64,000 nt of DNA from Squalus acanthias. Lineage: Eukaryota. Each line of letters begins with the position of its first letter. Positions within the stretch are counted from its first letter, which is position 1. A model generated the notes under the pieces. That model saw only the letters and a program-made list of their open reading frames with translations. It was not told where the DNA came from and ran no database searches. The stretch is taken from the NCBI GenBank assembly GCA_030390025.1, contig CM059432.1, positions 77,936,001 to 78,000,000 of the forward strand. The letters are read 5' to 3'. The position numbers and the translations under genes are program-made. This document shows positions 12,445 to 23,205 of this stretch, in pieces.

Positions 12445-14250
12445 GCACTGCCTCTCCTTGTGAAGATCAAGTACTGTCTTCATACTGAGGATACCTTCCA
12501 TTATGTTTTGTGGTACTACCACCATGCTAAGCAGGATAGATGAAGAGTAGGTCTAGCAGCTCAAAAATGGACATCCATGAGGCGCCATGGGTCATTAACA
12601 GTAGAACTATATTCCACCACAATCTGAAACCTTATAGCCCAGAATATCCCTGACTCCATCACCAGCAAGCCAGATGATTAACATTAGTACAATGGGGAGT
12701 GTAAAAGAGCATGACAGGAGCAGCACCAAGCATTCCTGAAAAGGAGGTGCCAACCTGGTGAAGCTACAACACAGGACTATATGCATGCTTAACAGCAGAG
12801 GCAACATACTATAGACTGAGTTAAGTGATCCCACAACCAACAGATCAGGTCAAAGCTCTGCAACCCTGAACATCCAGTCACGAATGGTGGAGGACAATTA
12901 AGCAACTAATGGGTGAAGGAGGCTACATAAACATCCCCATCCTCAATAATGGCAGAGCCCAGCACGTGAGTGCAAAAGACAAGGCTGAAGCATTCTCAAC
13001 CATCTTTAGCCAGACGTGCCAAGTGAATGATCCTTCTCGATCTCCTCCCATGGTCCCCACCATCACAGATGCCAGTCTTCAGCTAATTCGATTCATTCCA
13101 CATGATATCAAGAAACAACTGAGTGCACTGGACACAGCGAAGGCTACAGGTCCTGACAACATCCCGGCAGTAGTGCTGAAGACACTGCGTTCCATAACTA
13201 TCCATGCCTCTAGTCAAGCTGCTCCAGCACAGCTACAACACTGGCATCTACCCAACGTGAAAAATTGCCCACGTACATCCCGTCCACAAAAAGCAGGACA
13301 AATCCAACTCGACCAATTATCACCCCATCAGCCTACTCTCAATCAACAAGCAGCAAAGTGATGGAAGGAGTCATCAACACTGCAATCATAGAATCATAGA
13401 ATTATACAGCTCGAGAATGTTAATTGCTGGAAGGATGCCAGAATGTCTAGTGAAGAGTAGAGTAGTGAATGGTGAATAAGCCTCTCTGTAATAAAAACCT
13501 AAGGAGATAAGAGAGTGAAGATCCTAAAGGACAACCGTGGTTCTTCGTACATGTGGAATGTCCAGAGACCAAACAAACAGATAGAGATTAATGAGCATGC
13601 GTGATCGGGGCGAAGTGGTCCACGTGACTACTAACCTGCATACGTATCTACCCTGCGTATTTACGCATAACCGCAAGTATTAGGAATTCACTTATGTACT
13701 AACTTCACACTTACCTTACATAATTAACCATATAAAAAGGTACTACACACCATCACCTCCAAGTTACACATTTTAGGAACAGTAAGCATTTTTTATGAAA
13801 GTATCATGAGCAGTCAGAGAACACAGTTGACAAAGTCCGATAAATTCTTTGAGAGTGTATTTGACGTCGATCTCCAACACTGCACGTAGTGGGTTGCATT
13901 AGTGTGTCTATAATAATTATTAATCAGACGTCTCTCTCTCTCATCCACGAGGCTGTATTAAAAGTGATACAACCTAACCAGAGACCTCTACCACCTAGAA
14001 TGACAAGGGTAACAGGTGCATGGGAACACCATCACCTCTAAGTCACACACCATCCCGACTTGGACATACATCACCATTACTTCATCGTTGCAGTCAAACT
14101 CCTGGGACTCCCTACCTAAAAGCGTTGTGGGAATACCTTCCCCACATTGACTACAGCAGTTCAAGAAGGCCCACCACCACTTTCTCAACGGCAATTAGGA
14201 ATGGACAATAAACACCAACCTTACTAGGAATGACCATATCCCAAGAATGA
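12445..14250 (+). mobile_element. Non-LTR retrotransposon of the CR1/L2 group (distinct family, Crack/Zenon-like), RT core replaced by 13386-13977
   Basis: KAEAFSTIFSQ..LDTAKATGPDNIPAVVLK; 3' end GGGCAATTAGG..CAATAAA..(ATGA)n homologous to 53920-55015. Confidence 0.75.
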
Positions 14251-14264
14251 AGAAATATTTTGAA

Positions 14265-14730
14265 AGAGCAAAACCATCATCTTCTGCCCCCACCACAAAC
14301 TCCATACCCTTGCCACCAATTCAATCCCTTTCCCCGGCCATTGTCTCAGGCTGAACCAAATTGTTTGCAATCCCTGCAACCTTTTTGACCCCATATACTC
14401 TGCATCACAAAGACTGCCACCTCTGCAACATTACCCACCTCCACCCCACCTCATCCTTTATGTGCTGCAACCCTCATTATACCTTTGTCACCTCCAGACT
14501 CATCTAGTCCTATCCTTCCCTGACCGGCCCCCGATTCTCCATCCATCCAAATCTCTGCTGCCCGTATGCTATCCTACACTACGTCCCGCTTACCCATCAC
14601 CCCTGTCCTTGCTCACCTACATTGGCTCCCGATCCTCCAATGTCTCAAATTTAGAATTCTCATACTTATGTTTAAAACCCTTCATAGCCTTTCCCCTCAC
14701 TATCTCTGTAACCTCCTCCAGCCCTATAAT
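14265..14730 (+). mobile_element. L2 LINE, 3' ORF2 fragment
   Basis: PITPVLAHLHWLPILQCLKFRILILMFKTLHSLSPHYL. Confidence 0.8.
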
Positions 14731-14734
14731 TTTT

Positions 14735-14910
14735 TAAAAAACTCTTATGCTGGTAAAAGCAGGCTTTTACCAGGCGTAAGATTTTTTAAAGGTTTTCAGC
14801 GGGTGGAAGTTGTGCAGAAAGCGGCCCAGGTGGATGATCTGTCAAGAGGAAGTGCCGGGTTTTAGCGCATGCGCTTCGTACCCACCCGTGGGGGTCGGAA
14901 AATCCGGCCC
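14735..14910. mobile_element. Right half of a Harbinger-like MITE
   Basis: Ends in AAAATCCGGCCC; hairpin CTGGTAAAAGC-AG-GCTTTTACCAG shared with the MITE at 62524-63210. Confidence 0.65.
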
Positions 14911-15047
14911 ACTGTCATTCAACTCCTTTCAAGGCTCATGAATGAGTTTTTCTAATCTTTTCTGATAACTCAATCTTCTAACACGAGGGATCAGCCTTAT
15001 GACCATTCTCTGTTTTAATTCTAGGGTTCGAATGTTTCATTTGTGCT

Positions 15048-16155
15048 ACCAATGGTGGAGCAAAGAAAATCAGGGATGCGCAAAAGGCCAGAAATGGAGG
15101 AGCACAGATTTCTTGGAGGATTGTAGGGCTGGAGAAGGATAGAGATAGGGAGGGGCAAGGCCATGGAGGGATTTGTAAACAAGGATGAGAATTTTAAAAT
15201 CAAGGGTTTGCCAGACCAAGAGCCAATGTAGGTTAGCGAGCACAGGGGTGATAGGTGAACGGGACTTGGTGCGAGTTAGGATATGGGCAGCAGAGTTCTG
15301 GATAAGCTCAATTTACAGAGGGTGCAAGGTGGGAGACCGGCTAGGAGAGCATTAGAATAGTCAAGTCTAGAGGTAACAAAGGCATGGATGAGGGTTTACG
15401 CAGCAGATGAGTTCAGGCAAGGACCTAGATGGGTGATGTTACGGAGGTGGAAGTGGGAGGTCTTTGTTATGGAGAGGATATGGGGGTCGGAAGCTCAGCT
15501 CCGGGTTAAATAGGATGCCATGGTTGCGAACAGTCTGCTTCAGCCTAAGACAGTGGTCAAGGAGAGGGATGGAGTTGGACTAGGGAATGGAGGTTGTGGC
15601 AGGGACCAAAGACAATGGCTTCGGTCTTCCCAATATTTAATTGGAGGAAATTTCTGCTCATCCAATACTGGATGTCGGACAAGCAGAGTAACAAATCTGA
15701 GGCACTGTAGGGGTCGAGGGAGGTGGCGATGAGATAGTACTGGGTGTCATCAGCGTACATGTGGAACCTGATGTGTTTTCGGATGATATCGGCAAGGGGC
15801 AGCCAGCAGATGAGAAATGGGGGTGTGTGTGGCAAGGATAGAACCTTGGGGGAGTCCAGAGGTAACGGTGCAGGAGTGGGAAGAGAAGCCACTGCAGGTG
15901 ATTCTCTGGTTATGACTGGATAGATAGGAATGGAACCAGGCAAAGAGAGTTTCACCTAGCTGGACGATGGAGGAGAGGCTTTGTAGGAGGAGCTTTGTAG
16001 GAGGATGATGTGGTCAACCGTGTCAAAGGCTGCAGACAGATCGAGAAGGATGAGGAAGGATAGTTTACCACAGTCACATAGAATTTGTGATTTTGATAAC
16101 GGCCGTTTCAATGCTGTGCCAGCGGCAGAAACCCAATTGGAGGAGTTCAAACATC
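15048..16155 (-). mobile_element. L2 LINE, RT to C-terminus
   Basis: LLDLSAAFDTVDH, FHMYADDTQ and WMSRNFLQLNIGKTE. Confidence 0.9.
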
Positions 16156-16432
16156 ATAATCCTAAAATTAGAGCTAGACCATTTAGGGGTGAAATCCGGA
16201 AGTACTTTTTCCACACAAAGCGTAGTGGAAATCTGGAATTCTTCCCCCAAAATACTGTGGTTACTGGTAAAGTTGAAATTTTCAAGACTGAGATTGGCAG
16301 ATTTTTGTTACGGAAGGGTATCAAGTGATATGGAACAAAACAGGATAAATTGAGTTGCGGTATAGATAAGCCATGATCTTATTACATGACGGAATAGGCT
16401 CAAGGGGATCAATTAACTATTCCTGTTCCTAC
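16156..16432 (+). mobile_element. CR1 3'-end fragment
   Basis: KIRARPFRGEIRKYFF..VVEIWNS; homologous to 10589-10870. Confidence 0.75.
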
Positions 16433-16608
16433 TTTTAAACAGTAAAGGAAGAGTTAATGGAGGTAACTGAAGGTATGGTCAAAGAGGTAAATGTTGAGTA
16501 GATTTTTGAAGGAGGAAAGAGGGGTAGGATTAAAGAGTTGCACATTAATGGAGATTAGCAGTTAATGTCACTCAATATCATTTGGAATCAAAACATCAAG
16601 CTTTGGTA

Positions 16609-17022
16609 TAAAAACAGAAAATGCTGGAATACTCAGCAGGTAAGGCAGCATGTGTGGAGGGAGAAACAGAGTTAACATTTCAGATCGATGACCTTTCGTC
16701 AGAACTGGAAAAAGTTAAAGACGTCACAGATTTTAAGCAAGTGCCGGGGCAGGGAAAGGGGGAGGGGAGGAAAGAACAAAAGGGTAGGTCTGTGATAGGG
16801 TGGAAGGCAGGAGAGATTAAATGACAAAAGGTATGATTGTACAAAGCAAAAGGAGATGGTAATGTGACAAGTAAAGAAACAAAAGATGGGTCTAGAAGAG
16901 GTGTAAATGGGAATGGCAGAATCATCAACAGCTGTCATCTGAAAAAATAGGGGCAGAGGTTATCGTCTGAAATTGTTGAACTCGATGTTGAGTCCAGAAG
17001 GCTGTAAAGTGCCTAAACGAAA
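16609..17022 (-). mobile_element. Penelope-like element (PLE), 3' end and terminal repeat; piece 1 of 3
   Basis: Encodes ..FRLGTLQPSGLNIEFNNFR (end of the GIY-YIG domain); terminal sequence homologous to 55807-55941. Confidence 0.88.
16670..16706 (-). ncRNA. Minimal type-I hammerhead ribozyme motif (PLE-associated)
   Basis: AGUU-CUGACGA-A-AGGUC.AUC.GAUCU-GAAA-UG-UU-AACU: catalytic boxes, 5-bp helix II, helix I AGUU/AACU. Confidence 0.75.
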
Positions 17023-17781
17023 CACAGTGTGGACCTGAGCGGGAGCGGTGACACAAAGGGAGCTGAGAGGAGAAGGCCCAGAACACAGCATGGACCCGAG
17101 CGGGAGCAGGTGACACAAAGGGAGCTGAGAGGAGAAGGCCCAGAACACAGCATGGACCCGAGCGGGAGCGGTGACACAAAGGGAGCTGAGAGGAGAAGGC
17201 CCAGAACACAGCATGGACCCGAGCGGGAGCGGTGACACAAAGGGAGCTGAGAGGAGAAGGCCCAGAACACAGCATGGACCCGAGCGGGAGCGGTGACACA
17301 AAGGGAGCTGAGAGGAGAAGGCCCAGAACACAGCATGGACCCGAGCGGGAGCGGTGACACAAAGGGAGCTGAGAGGAGAAGGCCCAGAACACAGCATGGA
17401 CCCGAGCGGGAGCGGTGACACAAAGGGAGCTGAGAGGAGAAGGCCCAGAACACAGCATGGACCCGAGCGGGAGCGGTGACACAAAGGGAGCTGAGAGGAG
17501 AAGGCCCAGAACACAGCATGGACCCGAGCGGGAGCGGTGACACAAAGGGAGCTGAGAGGAGAAGGCCCAGAACACAGCATGGACCCGAGCGGGAGCAGTG
17601 ACACAAAGGGAGCTGAGAGGAGAAGGCCCAGAACACAGCATGGACCCGAGCGGGAGCGGTGACACAAAGGGAGCTGAGAGGAGAAGGCCCAGAACACAGC
17701 ATGGACCCGAGCGGGAGCAGTGACACAAAGGGAGCTGAGAGGAGAAGGCCCAGAACACAGCATGGACCCGAGCGGGAGCGG
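17021..17781 (+). repeat. Tandem array of about 12.5 x 61 bp at the CR1 5' end
   Basis: Unit GAGCGGGAGCGGTGACACAAAGGGAGCTGAGAGGAGAAGGCCCAGAACACAGCATGGACCC, nearly invariant. Confidence 0.97.
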
Positions 17782-18197
17782 CAGCAGCGGCTTAAAGGGA
17801 GCTGAGAGGCGGCTTAAAAAAAAGTGAAGTCACAGGAGAGCAGGAAGGTGATTGGTCTTTTGCTCTCTAGGTTAGGTAAGTGGATTAAATTCAGAGCTGG
17901 GAGAGTATTAACTACTTATAACTTTATTGAATTAATAACAAACTAAATTAACTAATTAAAACTAAAAATTAAATGTAAAAATAATCGTTTGAATGAGGCA
18001 GAGTATAAATCGAGGGGGAGGTCCAGAGAGAGTGCAGACCGGAGCAGCGGCGGCAGCGAGGAGACGGAGTACCTCCAGCGAAAACAACAATAAAAGCAAC
18101 AACTGCAAAACAGCTAAAGTGACGTCACAACCAGGGAAGTAGCCGATTGGTGAGTAGCTGTTAAGTGTTTCTAGTTAATAGTCGATTAAGTAAAGAC

Positions 18198-19137
18198 ATG
18201 GCAGGGTAGCCCAGTCCCGTAGAATGCACTTCCTGTGCCATGTGGGGACTCCAGGAAGCTTCCCATGTCCTGGACAACCAAATTTGCAGGAAGTGTCGTC
18301 AGCTGGAGGAGCTCGAGCTCCGGGTTTTGGAGCTTGAGCAGCAGCTGGCATCACTGCGGTGCATCCGTGAGGCTGAGAGCTTCGTGGATAGCACGTTTGA
18401 GGAGGTGGTCACCCAGCAGATAAAGAGTGTACAGGCAGAAAGGGAATGGGTGACCACCAGAAAGAAGAGGCGGACCAGGCAGGTAGTGCAGGAGTCCCCT
18501 GAGTGCATCTCGCTCTACAACCAGTATTCGGTTCTGAGTACTAGTAAGGGCGATGGTTCCTCTGGGGAGAGCAGCCAGAGCCAAGTCTGTGGCACCACGG
18601 GTGGCTCAGCTGTACAGGGGGGGGAGGAAGAAGAGTGGGAAAGCAATAATGGTAGGGGATTCGATAGTTAGGGGAGCAGACAGGCGTTTCTGTGGCCGCA
18701 GACCTGACTCCAGGATGGTATGGTGCCAGGGTCAAGGAGGTCACTGAGCGGCTGCAGGACATTCTGAGGCGGGAGGGTGAACAGCCAGAGGTCGTGGTCC
18801 ATATCGGTACCAACGACATAGGTAGAAAGAGGGATGAGGCCTGCAGGCAGATTTCAGGGAGCTAGGAAAGAGATTAAAAAGCAGGACCTCAAAGGTAGTA
18901 ATCTCCGGATTACTCCCGGTGCCACGGACTAGTGAGTATAGAAATACGAGGATAGCGCAGATGAATGCGTGGCTGGAGAGATGCTGCAGGAGGGAGGGCT
19001 TTAGATTCCTGGGGCATTGGGACCAGTTCTGGGGGAGGTGGGACCTGTACAGGTCGGACGGGTTGCACCTCAACTGAGCCGGGACCAATATCCTCGCAGG
19101 GAGGTTTGCTAGTGCTGTTGGGGAGGGTTTAAACTAA
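18198..19137 (+). pseudogene. CR1 ORF1: zinc finger/leucine zipper plus SGNH esterase-like domain
   Basis: CTSC..CRKC, LEELELRVLELEQQLASL, VGDSIVRG, VVHIGTND, DGLHLN; disrupted. Confidence 0.88.
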
Positions 19138-22100
19138 TTTGGCAGGGGGATGGGCACCAGGATGTAACATTAGAAAGGGGAAAAAAAGTGCTCAAAGGAT
19201 TGGGAGAGGCAGAGAGCACTAAAGTAAGAAATAGTAAGGTATTAGGTGGAGTCCAACTAAGAGAGAATACAGGATGGTCTAAGATGGGTTTATTGTGTAT
19301 GTATGTGAACGCACGAAGCATAGTAAACAAGTGAGCTGCAGGCACAAATAGCCACATGGGAATATGATGTTGTGGCAATAACTGAGACCAGGCTCAAAAA
19401 AGGGCAGGATTAGGTATTAAATATTCCTGGTTATAAAGTGTTCAGGAAAGATAGGAGGTGGTGTGGTAGTATTGGTCAAGGAGAATGTTACAGTGCTGGA
19501 GAGGGAGGATGTCCTGGAGGGGTCAAGGACACAATCTATATGGCTAGAGTTAACAAATAATAGAGGTGCCATTACACTACTAGGTGTATTCTATAGACCA
19601 CCAAATAGTGGGAAAGATAATGAGGAGCAAATTTGCAGAGAAATTACAAAAAGGTGCAAGTAACAATGGGGGACTTCAACGATCCTAATATAGACTGGGA
19701 TAGTAATAGTGTTAAGGGCAGAGAAGGGGAAGAAATTCTGATGTGCGTTCAGGAGAAATTTCTTGATCAGTATGTTTCTGGCCCGACGAGGGAGGAGGCA
19801 TTGCTGGATCTGGTTCTGGGGATAAAGGTAGGTCAAGTGGAGCAAGTGTCAGTAGGTGAGCACTTAAGGAACAGTAATCATAGTATAAGGTTTAGATTAG
19901 CTATAGAAAAGTATAGAGAGCAATCTAGAGTAAAAATGTTTAACTAGGGGAAGGCCAATTTCAGTGGGATGAGAACAGATCTGGCCCAGGTAAACTGGAA
20001 TCAAAGATTGGCAGGCAAAACTGTAATGGAACAATGGGCTGCCTTTAAAGAGGAAATAGTTCAGGTATAGTTGAGGTACATTCCCACTAGGAGGAAACAT
20101 ATAGAAACATAGAAGATAGGAGCAGGAGTAGGCCATTCAGCCCCTCGAGCCTGCTCCGCCATTCAGTGAGATCATGGCTGATCATCCAAATTCAGTACCC
20201 TGTCCCTGCTTTCTCCCCATATCCCTTGATCCCTTTAGTTTTAAGAAATATATCTAACTCCTTCTTGAATATATTTAATGAATTGGCCTCTACTGCCTTC
20301 TGTGGTAGAGAATTCCACAGGTTCACCACTCTCTGGGTGAAGAAATTCCTCCTCATCTCAGTCCTAAATGGCTTACCCCTTATCCTTAGACTGTGACCCC
20401 TGGTTCTGGACTCTAGTGGGAATGTACCTCAACTATACCTGAACTATTTCCTCTTTAAAGGCAGGGCAACTAAAGTTAGGGCTCCCTGGATGATGAAAGA
20501 GATAGAGAATATGAAGCAGCAGAAAAAGAGCGCGTATGACAGATGTCAGGTTGCAAATACATCGGAGAATCAGGCTATATATAGAAAGGTCAGAGGAGAA
20601 GTGAAAGAGAAAATAAGAGGGGCAAAGAGAGGGTATGAGAATAGAATGGCAGCCAACGTAAAAGGTAATCCAAAAGTCTTCTATGGACGTATAAATAGTA
20701 AAAGGGCAGTAAGAGGAGGGGTGGGGTCGATTAGGGACCAAAAAGGAGACCAATGCATTGAGGCAGAGGGTATGGCTGAGGTACTAAACGAGTACTTTGC
20801 ATCTGTCTTCACCAAGGAAGAGGATGCTGCCACAGACATAGTAAAGGAGGAGGTAGTGGAGATACTTGATAGGATAAAAATTGATAAAGAAGAGGTATTA
20901 GAAAGGCTGGCTATACTTAAAGTAGGTAAGTCACCAGGAGCGGATGGGATGCATCCTTGGATGCTGATGGAATTGAGGGAGGAAATCGCTGACGTACTGG
21001 CCATAATATTCCAATCCTCCATAGATACGGGGGTGGTGCCAGAGGACTGGAGAATTGCAAAGGTTACACCATTGTTCAAAAAAGGGTGTAAAGATAAACA
21101 CTAGCAACTGCAGGCCAGTCTGTTTGACCTCGGTAGTGGGGAAGCTTTTAGAAACAGCAATCAGGGACAAAATTAACAGTCACTTGGGCAAGTGTGGATT
21201 AATTAAGGAAAGCCAGCACGGATTTGTTAAAGGCAAATCGTGTTTAACTAACTTGATTGAGTTCTTTGATGAGGTAACAGAGAGGGTTGATGAAGGTAAT
21301 GCAGTTGACGTAGTGTACGTGGATTTCCAAAAGACGTTCGACAAAGTGCCACATAATAGGCTTGCCAGCAAAGTTGAAGCCCATGGAATAAAAGGGACAG
21401 TGGCAGCATGGATATGGAATTGGCTTAGTGATAGGAAACAGAGAGAGTAGCAGTGAACGGTTGTTTTTCGGACTGGAGGAAGGTATACAGTGGTGTTCCC
21501 CAGGGGTCGGTTCTAGGACCACTGCTTTTCTTGATTAATATTAATGACTTGGACGCGTACAGGGCACAATTTCAAAATTTACAGATGACACAAAACTTGG
21601 AAGTATAGTAAAGTGAGGAGAAGAGTGATAGACTTCAGGAAGATATAGACAGGCTGGTGAAATGGGCGGACATGTGGCAGATGAACTTTAACGCAGAAAA
21701 AAATGTGAAGTGATACATTTTGGTAGAAAGAATGAGGAGAGGACATATAAACTAAATGGTACAATCCTGAAGGTAGTGCACGAAGAGAGAGACCTGGGGG
21801 TATGTGTTCACAAATCGTTGAAGTTGGCAGGGCAGGTTGAGAAAGCAGTTAAAAAGGCTTATGGGATCCTGGGCTTCATGAATAGAAGTATATAGAGTAC
21901 AAAAGTATGGAAATTATGATGAACCTGCATAAAACACTGGTTCGGCCCCAACTGGAGTACTGTGTCCAATTCTGGGCACCACACTTTAGGAAGGATGTGA
22001 AGGCCTTAGAGAGGGTGCAGAAAAGATTTACAAGAATGATTCCAGGAATGAGGGACTTCAGTTACGTTGATAGACTGGAGAAGCTGGGGTTGTTCTCCTT

Positions 22101-22420
22101 GGAGCAGAGAAGATCGAGAGGAGATTTGATAGAGGTGTTCAAAATCATGAGGGGTCTGGGCAGAGCAGATAGAGGGAAACTGTCCCCATTGGCAGAAGGG
22201 TTGAGAACCAGAGGACACAGATTTAAGGTGATTGGCAAAAGAACCAAAGGCGACGTAAGAAAAAACGATTTTACGCAGCGAGTGGTTAAGATCTGGAATG
22301 CACTGCCTGAAAGGGTGGTGGAGGCAGATTTAATCACGGCTTTCAAAAGGGAGTTGGTTAAGTATCTGAAGGAAAATAATTTGCAGGGCTATGGGGAAAG
22401 GGCGGGGAGTGGGACTAGCT
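19128..22420 (+). pseudogene. CR1 ORF2: AP endonuclease plus reverse transcriptase
   Basis: [59 protein letters not shown]; multiple lesions. Confidence 0.92.
20094..20412 (-). mobile_element. Nested 5'-truncated CR1 from a younger subfamily
   Basis: (CTATGTTT)n tail; nearly identical to 37795-38110. Confidence 0.9.
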
Positions 22421-22499
22421 GAAGTGCTCTTGCAGAGAGCCAGTACGGGCTCGACAGACCGAATGGCCTTCTTCCGTGCTGTAACCATTCTATGATTCT

Positions 22500-23205
22500 A
22501 TGAGGTGCTGTTCCTTGAGCTTACGTTGAGCTTTGTTGGAACAGTTTAAGAGTCAGAGGACAGAGAGGTCAGTGTGGGAGTGGAGCGGAGAATTAAAGTG
22601 ACAGGTGACCGGAAGCTCGAGTCACGCTTACGGACTGAACGGAGGTGTTCCGCAAACCGGTCACCCAATCTGCATTTGGTCTCCCCAGTGTAGGGGAGAT
22701 TGCATTGTGAGCAGCGAATACAGTATACTAAATTGCAAGAAGCACAAGTAAATCGCTATTTCACCTGGAAAGTGTGTTTGGGTCCCTGGACAATGGGAAG
22801 GGAAGAGGTAAAAGGGCAGGTGTTGCATCTCCTCCGCTTGCACGGGAAGGTGCCGTGGGAAGGGGAGGGGTATTGGGGATGATTGAAGAGTGGACCAGGG
22901 TGTCGTGGAGAGCGCGGTCCCTTTGGAATGCTGTAAGGGGAGGGGAGGGGGAAGATGTGTTTGGTGGTGGGATCACGCTGGAGGTGGCAGAAAATGATCT
23001 GTTGAATGTGGAGGTTGGTGCGGTGAAAGGTGAGGACAAGGGGAACCCTATCGTAGTTCTGGGAGGGAGGGGGAAGGTGTGAGAGCAGAAGTGCGGGAAA
23101 TGGAACGGACATGGTCGAGGGCCATGTCAACCACGGTAGAAGGGAATCCTCGGTTGAAGAAAAAGGACGACATATCGTAAGCACTAGTATGGAAGGTGGC
23201 ATCAT
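22500..23205 (-). mobile_element. Penelope-like element, linker and GIY-YIG endonuclease; piece 2 of 3
   Basis: DRVPLVLTFH..GTFPCKRRRCNTC..NLVYCIRCSQC..YTGET..RFAEHL. Confidence 0.92.

Larger units (their letters stand above)
17023..22503 (+). mobile_element. Near full-length CR1 LINE (inactive)
   Basis: 5' repeat/UTR, ORF1 and ORF2 (APE plus RT) with stops and frameshifts, (TTCTATGA)n tail. Confidence 0.95.

Noticed and set aside
16925..17763. Three long minus-strand ORFs (237-277 aa)
   Set aside because: They arise from a stop-free 61-bp tandem repeat; only the last about 20 aa of one are real PLE sequence.
17021..17781. CRISPR-like array
   Set aside because: Units are contiguous and identical with no unique spacers, there are no cas genes, and the context is eukaryotic.
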